Source: Gammaproteobacteria bacterium
GTDB taxonomy: Bacteria; Pseudomonadota; Gammaproteobacteria; Eutrophobiales; Eutrophobiaceae
Assembly: GCA_963422205.2 (NCBI GenBank)
Contig: CAXMWX010000011.1
Coordinates: 96,001 to 160,000 of the forward strand
Direction of reading: 5' to 3'
DNA: 64,000 nt
Part shown: piece after piece, positions 9,935 to 19,818 of the stretch
Numbering within the stretch: position 1 is the first letter of the stretch
How the letters are laid out: the number at the start of each line of letters is the position of its first letter
Notes under the pieces: generated by a model
Databases searched by the model: none
What the model was told of the DNA's origin: nothing
The model's input: only the letters and a program-made list of their open reading frames with translations
Made by a program: the position numbers and the translations under genes

Positions 9935-10888
9935 TTAAAAAATCTCCATGCTGGCAAAGACGAACAGCAGAATCGTGATGGATATAATAGAGAGCAGGGA
10001 AGAGAGAAAGATGGTCGTCGTTGCCAAGGCACGGCCGGCTGTATAGCGCTGTGCAAACAGATACACTGTCACGCCCGCCGGTTGTGCCGCCATAACAGTC
10101 AGCACCGCCGCCCAGAAAATATTCAGCATAAACACACTGGTTGCCAGGCTCCAGACCAGCAGGGGAAACAGGATATTTTTCACAAATACGATGAAAGCCG
10201 CTTCCGTGACATGCCCTGCTATTTTGTATCTGGTTAATGAGGCGCCCAGTGAGAATAAGGCACAAGGCACCACGGCCGCCTGCATGTAGGCGGTGATGGC
10301 GTCTATTGCTGCCGGGAGTTTTGTATCCGTCTGGTTTAGCAATACGCCAATACACATGGCAATGATAAAGGGGTTTTTAATCAGCCCGGCCAGTATTTTT
10401 TGTGGTACACGCACAAGCGTTTCATGACGATTTTTACCGTATTCAAACAACACCGTGGTCAGTGCAAAAAAACTCAAACCATGCACGGAGAGAATCATGA
10501 AATAAGGCACGGTGCCTGCTTCGCCAAAAGTGCGGGTTATCACCGGCAGACCCACCAGCACCATATTACCAAAGGCACAGGCAAACCCGGTGATCACCGA
10601 GGTCATGAACTGGCGGGCAAACAACTTCGAAGCGACCAGTATGCCGAGCAGATAGCAAGCAGAGCCAGCAATATAAAAGCTGCCAAACAAGGCCCAGGGG
10701 ATCTGCTCCGGTAACACCGTGTTGGCGAAAATTCTCACCAGCATGATCGGCACCGCATAATCAAATACAAACAGCGCCAGGCCCTCTGCCGCCCGGTCTG
10801 AAAACCAGCCGAGCCGGGCGGCCAGATAACCGATGAATGCGATGCCGTATACCGGCAGAATAATATTGATAATTGCGTATAGATGCAT
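9935..10888 (-). CDS. AEC (auxin efflux carrier/malonate) family transporter
   Basis: About 10 TM segments, FGNMVLVGLP, NPFIIA, ALFSLGASL. Confidence 0.85.
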   Translation of the reverse strand: MHLYAIINIILPVYGIAFIGYLAARLGWFSDRAAEGLALFVFDYAVPIMLVRIFANTVLPEQIPWALFGSFYIAGSACYLLGILVASKLFARQFMTSVITGFACAFGNMVLVGLPVITRTFGEAGTVPYFMILSVHGLSFFALTTVLFEYGKNRHETLVRVPQKILAGLIKNPFIIAMCIGVLLNQTDTKLPAAIDAITAYMQAAVVPCALFSLGASLTRYKIAGHVTEAAFIVFVKNILFPLLVWSLATSVFMLNIFWAAVLTVMAAQPAGVTVYLFAQRYTAGRALATTTIFLSSLLSIISITILLFVFASMEIF

Positions 10889-11013
10889 TCGGTGTCTGTC
10901 AGCCTGCAGGCTGGTGGGCGTGATACGCCAGGATCAGCCGGCTTCAGCAAAGCCCGGGCGCGGTGTTAATATAAGCCGCCATCAGGATAACTCATCATCA
11001 TAACCATCCAGTC

Positions 11014-11826
11014 ATGCTCGCACAATTTCTACAGAAGTATAAGCCGGTTTTCGTGCTGACCGGTGCGGGCGCCAGCACCGCCTCGGGGATCCCGGATTAC
11101 CGCGATAAAAACGGCGCCTGGAAGCATACGCAACCCATTCGGTATCAGGATTTTTTAAGGCACGAAAACATGCGTAAACGCTACTGGGCGCGCAGTATGA
11201 ACGGCTGGCCGCATATACAAGCTGCACGCCCGAATGATGCCCATATCGCGCTCCGGCAGATGGAGGATATGGGGCTGATCAGTGCGGTGGTGACGCAAAA
11301 CGTCGATGGCCTGCATCAGCAGGCGGGCAGCCGGGCGGTGATCGACCTGCATGGCACGATCCACAAGGTGCGCTGTCTGGACTGCCACAGCCTCTACCCG
11401 CGGCATGATATTCAACACGAGCTGGAGGCAAAGAACCCTGGCTTTATCAACACCAACGGCGACATCAAACCCGATGGCGATGCCGCTGTTGTACGCCATA
11501 ATCTGGCCGAGTTTCGGCTGCCGTATTGTCCGTGCTGTCATGGCACAGTCAAACCGGACGTGGTATTTTTCGGCGAGAACGTACCCAGGGAGCGGAAAGA
11601 CAGCGCAACCCAACGGCTGATCATATCCAGAGGCATGCTGGTGGCCGGTTCTTCCTTGATGGTCTATTCGGGCTATCGTTTCTGCCAGATCGCACAGCAA
11701 TATGGCATCCCGATCGTATCCGTCAACCAGGGCGTGACCCGCGCTGATGATGAGTTTTTATTCAAACTTGATGCAGAATGCGGCAGCACATTAAGAGAGA
11801 CCATAAAAACGCTCAGACAAGGCTGA
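11014..11826 (+). CDS. cobB: NAD-dependent protein deacylase (sirtuin, SIRT4/class II-like)
   Basis: LTGAGASTASGIPDYR, RKRYWARS, TQNVDGLH, CxxC...CxxC, KPDVVFFGE. Confidence 0.92.
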   Translation: MLAQFLQKYKPVFVLTGAGASTASGIPDYRDKNGAWKHTQPIRYQDFLRHENMRKRYWARSMNGWPHIQAARPNDAHIALRQMEDMGLISAVVTQNVDGLHQQAGSRAVIDLHGTIHKVRCLDCHSLYPRHDIQHELEAKNPGFINTNGDIKPDGDAAVVRHNLAEFRLPYCPCCHGTVKPDVVFFGENVPRERKDSATQRLIISRGMLVAGSSLMVYSGYRFCQIAQQYGIPIVSVNQGVTRADDEFLFKLDAECGSTLRETIKTLRQG

Positions 11827-12006
11827 ACATTGCCCTGTATCAGGGGGAAGATATCGATATAAAGATGCCACACATACACAGCAACAATGCATTATCATGG
11901 GCAGGACTGGCAACAGTCTGGTCGGCTCTCAAGAGAACAACCATGCACACTGCCGATAACCGACCCGGTCAGTGAACCAACACGGGCTATCCATCATCAC
12001 ATCAAT

Positions 12007-12633
12007 ATGCCAATGAAAAACGCTGCCCCGACCCCACGCCGGCTGGGCGCCTACCTGGCCTGCTCTGATGCCGTCCTGGAAAATGCTGTGAATAAACAGC
12101 AGCAGGCGGCCAGGGCCGGGCAGAGGGCCAAACGTATCGGCCAACTGCTGCTGAATAACAGCGACATCACGACCGATGAACTGTCTGCTGCCATCAACAG
12201 GCAACGTGTGGCCCGCCTGGGCGCATGTCCTGTTTTTCACACCTTGAGCAGCACCGAATTAACCGCGTTGAGTCGCTGCTTTGATGAGGTATCCGTTGCC
12301 AGCGGCAAACAATTTATCATTCAGGATCAGCCTGATCCGACCTTGTTTATTCTATGCAGTGGCGCAGTTGAGGTATACCGCACCACACTGGCAGGCGAGC
12401 ATCTTCATATCACGCACGTAACCGCACCTGAGCCGATCGGCGAGATGGGGTATTTCTCCGATGGTATCAGGGCGGCCTCGGTCAAGGCCGTGGAGGCAGT
12501 CGAGTTGTTATGTGCAGAATACAGCGCACTGACCACGTATTTCGAACATGTCCCCAGGGTGGCATTGGCATTTCTCTCCTTGGTTGAGCAGCGGCGCAAG
12601 GCGATGGCCGCCATCACAACGCCACCAACCTAG
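12007..12633 (+). CDS. Cyclic-nucleotide-binding protein with N-terminal MshEN-like repeats
   Basis: cNMP cassette IGEMGYFSDGIRAASVKA; N-terminal RLGAYL... and RIGQLLLNNSDITTDELSAAINRQ; start uncertain (11887-12013). Confidence 0.75.
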   Translation: MPMKNAAPTPRRLGAYLACSDAVLENAVNKQQQAARAGQRAKRIGQLLLNNSDITTDELSAAINRQRVARLGACPVFHTLSSTELTALSRCFDEVSVASGKQFIIQDQPDPTLFILCSGAVEVYRTTLAGEHLHITHVTAPEPIGEMGYFSDGIRAASVKAVEAVELLCAEYSALTTYFEHVPRVALAFLSLVEQRRKAMAAITTPPT

Positions 12634-12634
12634 C

Positions 12635-14119
12635 TCACCTGTTTTCGGCCTGGTACGAATACGTCGGCAACAGCTTGTGTTCAATCAAATCAAATACACC
12701 CTGCACCGACAAAGCCAGCACCGCCGCCGGGATTGCCCCATCCAGAATCAAGGCCGTATCATCAAGCCGAATCCCGGTCAATATGGGCTGACCATAGCCA
12801 CCGGCACCGATCAATGCGCCCAGCGTGGCCAGCCCCACATTCATCACCGCTGCGGTTTTGATACCCGACATAATCGATCGCAAGGCCAGCGGCAGTTCAA
12901 TACGTTGTAACCTCTCAGCCGCAGGCAGGCCCAGCGCGATGGCCGATTCGATCACGTCAGGCTGAATATCCTTAATGCCACTCGCTGTATTGCGTATGAT
13001 CGGTAACAGGCTGTAGAGAAACAAGGCCACGATGGCGGGCAGCGTGCCGATGCCCAGCAAGGGAATGAGAAAGACAAACAGCGCCAATGCCGGGACAGTC
13101 TGCAACACACCGCTGCCGGCCAGCAGCACCTGCCCCAGGCGTGCCTGTTTTGCTGCCACAATCCCAGCAGGTACGGCGATGAGGATCGCACAACTGAGCG
13201 AGACAATCACCAGATATAAATGACTCAAGGTATTTTTATACAGCCTGCCGACCCAACTCACGCCAGCAGGGGCGGCTTGTATGGATAATGCTGAACGCAG
13301 AAAATCCGCCACCACCTGCTGACTGTCCTGCCGGGCAATTTTCACCTGCCGGTTCAGGGCCGTCATGGTGTGTTCGTTCAAGTGATTATTGACCAGCGCC
13401 AACCTTTCGGACAAGCCGGGATAAGCCGCCAGGGCCTGCTCCCGGTACAGATAGATGGCCTGGTATTCAGTAAAAAACTGCTTATCATCGCGCAATCGCT
13501 GGATTTTATAATAGTCAATCTCGGCATCTGTTGCATACAGATCAATGACATCGATATGCCGGCTGACCAAACCACGGTAGGCCAGATCATGATCCAGACC
13601 GGTCACATGCGTATGTGGCAGTCCGTAGTGCTGGCGCAGGGCTGACCAGCCATCACCTCGTGAGATAAACTCATTGCTGAGTCCGAAACGCAACTGAGGC
13701 CAGCGATGCAAATCGGTTATTTCCTTAATCTGCAGGGCGGCCGCCCTGGCCTGCAACATGCCCAGCACATAACTGTTGTTAAAACCCAGGGGCGCCGTCA
13801 TCAAGATCCCCTCGTGCTTTAACTGCCGTGACAGGGCCTCATCATTCGGCAGCGGGACACCGGCAAAAATTTCCTGGCGCAGCGTGCCGGTATACTCTGG
13901 ATAAATATCTATTTTCCCGGCCAGCAGCGCATTCCATAAAATGCGTGTCCCGCCCAACTCCTGTCTGTGTTCTACCCCGATACCATCAGCGGCAAGTAAT
14001 TGCATTGCTATCTCCGCCAGGATCACGTTCTCGGTAAATTTCTTCGAAGCCACCGTCAAGCCCGGACTGGCATGCACCGAGGCCGCACTCAACACCAGCA
14101 GGAGGCACAAAGCACGCAT
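12635..14119 (-). CDS. Osmoprotectant/betaine-type ABC transporter, fused substrate-binding and permease domains
   Basis: VASKKFTENVIL, DIYPEYTGT, GFNNSY (OpuAC-like), then permease QTVPALAL...LGALIGAGGYG. Confidence 0.88.
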   Translation of the reverse strand: MRALCLLLVLSAASVHASPGLTVASKKFTENVILAEIAMQLLAADGIGVEHRQELGGTRILWNALLAGKIDIYPEYTGTLRQEIFAGVPLPNDEALSRQLKHEGILMTAPLGFNNSYVLGMLQARAAALQIKEITDLHRWPQLRFGLSNEFISRGDGWSALRQHYGLPHTHVTGLDHDLAYRGLVSRHIDVIDLYATDAEIDYYKIQRLRDDKQFFTEYQAIYLYREQALAAYPGLSERLALVNNHLNEHTMTALNRQVKIARQDSQQVVADFLRSALSIQAAPAGVSWVGRLYKNTLSHLYLVIVSLSCAILIAVPAGIVAAKQARLGQVLLAGSGVLQTVPALALFVFLIPLLGIGTLPAIVALFLYSLLPIIRNTASGIKDIQPDVIESAIALGLPAAERLQRIELPLALRSIMSGIKTAAVMNVGLATLGALIGAGGYGQPILTGIRLDDTALILDGAIPAAVLALSVQGVFDLIEHKLLPTYSYQAENR

Positions 14120-14871
14120 TATGTCTGCAACGCAGATAAGGTCTGCAAGGGCTGTCTTTGCGCCTGCACAAAGTCATGCACAAAGCGGTTGACGGGAGAC
14201 TGTATCAATGCCCTGGCCGTGCCCTGCTGGACGATGCTGCCATGGTGTAATAACACAATCCAGTCAGCAAAATACACCGCTTCGCTCATATCATGCGTCA
14301 CCATGACAACCGTCTTCGCCAGTTCCTGAAAAATGTCCCGTAGCTGCTGCTGTAGCTGATAACGGATCAGCGGATCAAGCGCCGCCAGCGGCTCATCCAG
14401 GAGCAATATTTTCGGATCAAGCATCAAGGCGCGCATCAGGCTGACACGCTGACGCTGACCGCCTGACAGGTGTATCGGGTAACGAGTCAGTGCGTTACTA
14501 CTGATCTGCACCAGATCAGCAAGCTGCTGCACTCGCTGTTGCAGTCGCTTATCAGACCAGCCAAGATAGCGCGGCATCAGGGCGAGGTTTTCAAAGGCAT
14601 TCAGATGAGGGAACAGCCCGCCTTCCTGGATCACATACCCCATGGCCTGGCGTTGTTTCAGCAGCTTATCCTGACACAATCTCTCATCATCAATCTGTAT
14701 GCGGCCCGTATCACAGGCAACCAGCCCGTTTATCAGCCGCATGAGGGTGGACTTGCCACTGCCGCTGGGGCCGATCAAGGCCGTGGTGGTGTTGGCCTTG
14801 AAGTGCAACGTGATGTTATCGATGGCAACCTGCCCTGCATACCGCTTGCCTACCTTGTCAAGCGTAATCAT
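14119..14871 (-). CDS. ABC transporter ATP-binding protein (OpuA/ProV-like)
   Basis: GPSGSGKS, LSGGQRQRV, LLLDEP, VTHD. Confidence 0.92.
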   Translation of the reverse strand: MITLDKVGKRYAGQVAIDNITLHFKANTTTALIGPSGSGKSTLMRLINGLVACDTGRIQIDDERLCQDKLLKQRQAMGYVIQEGGLFPHLNAFENLALMPRYLGWSDKRLQQRVQQLADLVQISSNALTRYPIHLSGGQRQRVSLMRALMLDPKILLLDEPLAALDPLIRYQLQQQLRDIFQELAKTVVMVTHDMSEAVYFADWIVLLHHGSIVQQGTARALIQSPVNRFVHDFVQAQRQPLQTLSALQT

Positions 14872-14993
14872 GACCGTTTGCCTCAGTGCTGATTCATGAT
14901 CGATGCGGGTGGGCTGTGCGCCGATGACAGACTGCCAGCCCAGCCGTTCGGCAGGTGCAGAGGCAAAACACAGGATGCCATCATCGCCGCCGG

Positions 14994-15674
14994 TCAGGCG
15001 AATAAATGATCAGCGACAAAGGGATTGGTCTGCCGTTCCTGGCCGAAAGTCGAGCGAGGGCCATGACCGGGCACGAATTCTACATCATCGCCCCGGTGAT
15101 CTGCCTGGGGAGCTGTCTCATGCGTTGCGAGGGGCCATAGCTTGCCACGGATGGAATCGATCAAATCGGCATAATTACCACGGGGAAAATCCGTCCGGCC
15201 AATCGCCCCCTGGAATAACACATCGCCGACGAGCGCCAGCCTGTGTTGCGGCTGAAAAAAAACGACATGGCCGGGCGTGTGACCAGGACAATGTTTCACC
15301 AACCACGTCAAATTACCTACGCTGACGATATCGTCATCTTCCAGCCAGCGATCCGGCACAAAGGCTTCAGAGGCGGGGAAGTCAAACATGCGCGCCTGTT
15401 CGGCCAGCATATCAATCCAGAACTGATCCGCCTTATGCGGCCCTTCTATGGGTAAACGCAAGCGCCTTGCCAACTCGGCAACGCCACCGGCATGATCAAT
15501 ATGGGCATGCGTGACCAGGATTTTCTCCAGCACCGCCTGCTCCGCCTCAACGGCATCGAGCAGCCGGTCCAACTCGCCGCCCGGATCGACCACAGCCGCC
15601 TTGCCCGTCTCATCACAAATGATGATGGAGGCGTTTTGTTGTAACGGCGTGACCGGCACCACAGTGATTCGCAT
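14994..15674 (-). CDS. Metallo-beta-lactamase-fold hydrolase (YcbL/GloC-like)
   Basis: THAHIDHAG, PGHTPGH, GDVLFQGAIGRTDFPRG, PGHG. Confidence 0.9.
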   Translation of the reverse strand: MRITVVPVTPLQQNASIIICDETGKAAVVDPGGELDRLLDAVEAEQAVLEKILVTHAHIDHAGGVAELARRLRLPIEGPHKADQFWIDMLAEQARMFDFPASEAFVPDRWLEDDDIVSVGNLTWLVKHCPGHTPGHVVFFQPQHRLALVGDVLFQGAIGRTDFPRGNYADLIDSIRGKLWPLATHETAPQADHRGDDVEFVPGHGPRSTFGQERQTNPFVADHLFA

Positions 15675-15783
15675 ACTCTCATACTCCTGTTATGGCATGG
15701 ACGCATGGCAGGCATGATAACCCCATATCATGCAAGTCGCCGTTGCCCTGCTCATCAGCAGAAGGGACGTAAAGCGGAGGGCA

Positions 15784-17604
15784 TCACACCCGGACTTTGA
15801 CATAAGCGCCCGGGGCATCTTCCAGTGCGGGCAGGTCCGCAGCACCGGGGATGCGGGCAGGGACTTTGTTACCGCTGAACTCCAGCAACCACTGATTCCA
15901 GTCAGGCCACCATGAACCGGCATGTTTTTCCGCTTGCCGCCGCCAATTAGCTGCTGCCACCGCCACTGAACCGCCGGTGTAGTACGCATACTTGCCAGCA
16001 TCTGGATGGTTGATGATACCGGCAATATGGCCTGAGGTGCCCAGAACAAAACGCACCGGGCTGGCAAAGAGCTGGGCGCCCTTATAGGTCGTCTTCCAGG
16101 GGGCAATATGATCCTCTTCGGTGGAGATAAAATAAGCCGGGGTATCAACAGAGCGTAAATCAATCGGCACATCGGCGATGCTGATCCCGCCCGGCTCTTT
16201 GAATTTATTCTCAAGATACATGGTACGCAGATAGGTGCTGTGCATTTTCGCCGGCATACGCGTGCAATCGGCATTCCAGTACAACAAATCAAACGGAAAA
16301 GGATCTTTACCCAGCAGGTAGTTACGCACGTAAAAAGACCAGATCAAATCATTGGCACGCAGCATGTTAAAGGTCTTCGACATCTCTGCCCCATCATGAT
16401 AGCCCTTCTCATTCATGCACGCCTCCAGGCGGCTGAGTTGCTCCTCATCAATGAACACCCCCAGATCACCCGGCTCGGAGAAATCCAGCAGGGCCGCAAA
16501 AAATGTGGCCGACTTGATACGCATATCCTGTTTGGCCTTGAGATACGCCAGCACCGCACCTAACAAGGTGCCGCCGATGCAGTAGCCGGTGACATTGACC
16601 TGTTGCTCCCCGGTGCATAAGGTCACGGCGTCCAGGGCAGCCAGAGGCCCCTGGAACACATAGTCGGCAAAATCCTTATCACCCAGAGCAGCATCCGGGT
16701 TGACCCAGGAAATCACGAACACGGTGTGACCTTGCCCCGTCAGCCACTTGATCAGGGAATTCCTGGCTTGCAGATCGAGAATATAAAATTTATTGATCCA
16801 GGGAGGCACAATCAGCAACGGCGTCTGGTAGACTTCTTCGGTGGTCGGGGCGTACTGCAACAACTGCATCATCTCATTCTGAAATATCACCTTGCCGGGC
16901 GTGGTGGCCACATCCTTGCCTAACTCAAAGGCATCCATGTCGGTCATTTTAATCTTGAGCTGGCCTTGTTCAGGATCAAAATCATCAATGAAATTCTGCA
17001 AGCCCTTGAGCAGATTGTCGCCCTTGCTGTCAATAGTCGCCTGCATCACCTCAGGATTAGTCATGGCAAAATTGGAAGGCGACATGGCATCAACAAATTG
17101 CTTGGTATAAAAACGCGCCTTGTGGGCGGTCTTCTCATCCAGCCCGTCAATCTCTTCCGCCATGCCCTGTATGGTGTTGGCCGTCAGCAGATAAGACTGC
17201 TTGATAAAATCAAAAAACGGATGGCTGTCCCAGGCATCATGCTTAAAACGAGAGTCGCCCCTGTCCGGTGCCAGCTGCGCCTTGACCTCGGTCCCCATAA
17301 AACGCCGGGTCGCATCCAGCCACAGATCAGCATAGGACTGCCACAGCTGCATCTGCACCTCGGCCAGTCGTTCAGGGCGCTGCATCAAGGCGGCGGTCAT
17401 CTCCAGAAAAGTCTGCCCCACACCGAGGGGATCCAGGCCGCCCCCCTGCTGACCCTGCACCTGTTGACATTGAGCATGCAGAAACTGGCTCAACATGCCA
17501 TGATAGCTCTCGGCAATACTGGCCAGGGCCTTCACTAACTCCTCATTGATTGCCGCCTGCTCTGTCTGGCTGTTCTCTGCTGATGTGGTGTCTGCTGGGT
17601 TCAT
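15784..17604 (-). CDS. phaC: Class I poly(3-hydroxyalkanoate) synthase
   Basis: PLLIVPPWINKFYILDL, GYCIGG lipase box, EDHIAPW, SGHIAG, GSWWPDW. Confidence 0.95.
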   Translation of the reverse strand: MNPADTTSAENSQTEQAAINEELVKALASIAESYHGMLSQFLHAQCQQVQGQQGGGLDPLGVGQTFLEMTAALMQRPERLAEVQMQLWQSYADLWLDATRRFMGTEVKAQLAPDRGDSRFKHDAWDSHPFFDFIKQSYLLTANTIQGMAEEIDGLDEKTAHKARFYTKQFVDAMSPSNFAMTNPEVMQATIDSKGDNLLKGLQNFIDDFDPEQGQLKIKMTDMDAFELGKDVATTPGKVIFQNEMMQLLQYAPTTEEVYQTPLLIVPPWINKFYILDLQARNSLIKWLTGQGHTVFVISWVNPDAALGDKDFADYVFQGPLAALDAVTLCTGEQQVNVTGYCIGGTLLGAVLAYLKAKQDMRIKSATFFAALLDFSEPGDLGVFIDEEQLSRLEACMNEKGYHDGAEMSKTFNMLRANDLIWSFYVRNYLLGKDPFPFDLLYWNADCTRMPAKMHSTYLRTMYLENKFKEPGGISIADVPIDLRSVDTPAYFISTEEDHIAPWKTTYKGAQLFASPVRFVLGTSGHIAGIINHPDAGKYAYYTGGSVAVAAANWRRQAEKHAGSWWPDWNQWLLEFSGNKVPARIPGAADLPALEDAPGAYVKVRV

Positions 17605-17626
17605 ATTCAGTTGATTTCATTCATTT

Positions 17627-17638
17627 TGTTGCGATGCA
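17627..17638 (-). promoter_or_regulatory. PhaR-like operator upstream of phaC
   Basis: Reverse complement TGCATCGCAACA, 22 nt upstream of the phaC ATG. Confidence 0.6.
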
Positions 17639-17690
17639 GCATAATGTTGTACAGAGACATTGTCAACGCATTATGCACACGGATAGACGC

Positions 17691-18329
17691 TCAGCTAAAC
17701 AACCAGGGCGCTTGTCTTGCACGTTGGGCTTCATAGTCCTTGATCGCTGCGCTGTTTTGCAGCGTCAGGGCAATATCATCCAGGCCGTTCAGCAGCCGGT
17801 GTTTTAATGCCGGGTCAATGGTAAATTCCATCGCCTCACCATCGGGCTGAACGAGGGTCTGGGCGGCCAGATCGATGCTCAACTGATAGCCCTCATGGGC
17901 AAATACCCGGGCAAACAAGTCGTCCACTGTCTCCTCGGGGAGTTGAATGGCCAGCACGCCGTTCTTGCCACAGTTGCTGAAAAATATATCGGCAAAACTC
18001 GGGGCGATGAGGCAGCGAAAACCATACTCCCGCAAGGCCCACACCGCATGTTCTCTTGAGGAGCCGCAGCCAAAGTTTTTCCTGGCCAGCAGGACCTCCG
18101 CGCTCTGATAGCGCGGCAGGTTTAACACAAAGTCCGTCACCAAAGGGCGCTCGGCACACTCCTGCCCCGGCTCGCCCACGTCCTGATAACGCCATTCGTC
18201 AAACAGAAACTGCCCAAAGCCGCGGCGATGAATGGATTTCAAAAACTGTTTCGGGATGATGGCATCGGTGTCCACATTCGGCCGGTCTATCGGCGCCACT
18301 AAACCCACTAATGTTGTAAATGCCTGCAT
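17691..18329 (-). CDS. leuD: 3-isopropylmalate dehydratase small subunit
   Basis: [38 protein letters not shown]. Confidence 0.95.
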   Translation of the reverse strand: MQAFTTLVGLVAPIDRPNVDTDAIIPKQFLKSIHRRGFGQFLFDEWRYQDVGEPGQECAERPLVTDFVLNLPRYQSAEVLLARKNFGCGSSREHAVWALREYGFRCLIAPSFADIFFSNCGKNGVLAIQLPEETVDDLFARVFAHEGYQLSIDLAAQTLVQPDGEAMEFTIDPALKHRLLNGLDDIALTLQNSAAIKDYEAQRARQAPWLFS

Positions 18330-18362
18330 CTTAATCCCGTCTGCCAGTCAGCCGCAGCCCCT

Positions 18363-19766
18363 CTAGCCCTGCTCCCTGATGTCGACAAAATGGCCGGCAA
18401 CAGCGGCAGCGGCGGCCATCGCCGGGCTGACCAGATGCGTCCGCCCGCCCGGCCCCTGTCGGCCCTCAAAGTTACGATTCGATGTAGAGGCGCACCGCTC
18501 GCCCTGGTTGAGCCGGTCTTCATTCATGCCCAGACACATGGAACAGCCCGGCTCACGCCATTCGAACCCGGCCTCCAGAAAGAGCGTGTCCAGCCCTTCC
18601 TGCTCGGCCTGTTTCTTGACCACACCGGAACCCGGCACGATTAGCGCTTCGGTAATGTTGGCGGCAATTTTTCTTCCCGCTACCCGCTCGGCCGCCGCCC
18701 GCAGGTCTTCAATCCGTGAGTTGGTGCAGGAGCCGATAAAGACCTTGTCCACTTTGATATCCGTGATGGCCGTCCCCGGTTGCAAATCCATATAGGCCAG
18801 GGCCTGCTGCATGCCCTCTCTTTTTACCGGGTCGGCTTCTTTTTCCGGGTCGGGCACTACGCCTGTCACTGGTACCACCATCTCCGGTGACGTACCCCAG
18901 GTGACAGCCGGGGCGACATCGGCGGCATCGATCTCAAGCACGGCATCGAATCGGGCATCAGGATCAGAGTGCAGTGTCCGCCAGCAGGCAACGGCCTGCT
19001 CCCATAGATCACCGGTTGGCGCAAAAGGCCGACCTTTGACATACTCAATGGTCTTCTCATCCACCGCCACCATGCCGCTGCGGGCGCCCGCTTCAATCGC
19101 CATATTACACAGCGTCATGCGTGCCTCCATGCTCAATGCGGTGATGGCATCGCCAGCGAACTCGATGACAAACCCGGTGCCGCCCGCCGTCCCTGTTTTG
19201 CCGATGATATGCAGGATCAGATCCTTGGCGCTGACATGCTCGGCCAACCTCTGGTTGACCTTGACCAGCATATTCCTGGCCTTCTGCAACGGCAGGGTCT
19301 GGGTCGCCAGCACATGCTCTACCTCTGAAGTGCCGATACCGAAGGCCAGCGCGCCCAGGGCGCCGTTGGTCGTGGTGTGGGAATCGCCACAGACGATGGT
19401 CATGCCGGGCAGGCAAGCCCCCTGCTCCGGCCCCATCACATGCACAATGCCCTGACGTTCATCATGCAGTTCAATATGAGGAATGCGCCAGTGTTTTACA
19501 TTCTTGTCCAGCGTCTGTAGCTGCAATTTCGACACCGGATCACCGATCACAGCCCGGTCCCTGGTCGGCACATTATGATCCGGCACGGCGATGTTGGCAG
19601 ACAAACGCCAGGGTTGCCGACCGGCCAGCCTCAGGCCCTCAAAGGCCTGCGGCGAGGTCACTTCATGGATGATGTGTTTGTCAATGTAAATGAGACAGTT
19701 GCCATCGCCCGTATCCTGCACAAGATGATCGTCCCACAGCTTGTCGTAGAGTGTTCTGGCAGTCAT
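18363..19766 (-). CDS. leuC: 3-isopropylmalate dehydratase large subunit
   Basis: [46 protein letters not shown]. Confidence 0.96.
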   Translation of the reverse strand: MTARTLYDKLWDDHLVQDTGDGNCLIYIDKHIIHEVTSPQAFEGLRLAGRQPWRLSANIAVPDHNVPTRDRAVIGDPVSKLQLQTLDKNVKHWRIPHIELHDERQGIVHVMGPEQGACLPGMTIVCGDSHTTTNGALGALAFGIGTSEVEHVLATQTLPLQKARNMLVKVNQRLAEHVSAKDLILHIIGKTGTAGGTGFVIEFAGDAITALSMEARMTLCNMAIEAGARSGMVAVDEKTIEYVKGRPFAPTGDLWEQAVACWRTLHSDPDARFDAVLEIDAADVAPAVTWGTSPEMVVPVTGVVPDPEKEADPVKREGMQQALAYMDLQPGTAITDIKVDKVFIGSCTNSRIEDLRAAAERVAGRKIAANITEALIVPGSGVVKKQAEQEGLDTLFLEAGFEWREPGCSMCLGMNEDRLNQGERCASTSNRNFEGRQGPGGRTHLVSPAMAAAAAVAGHFVDIREQG

Positions 19767-19818
19767 CGCCCTATCATAACCCAATCACGGGAAAACACAG
19801 CATCCTGCCTGCTTTTAG

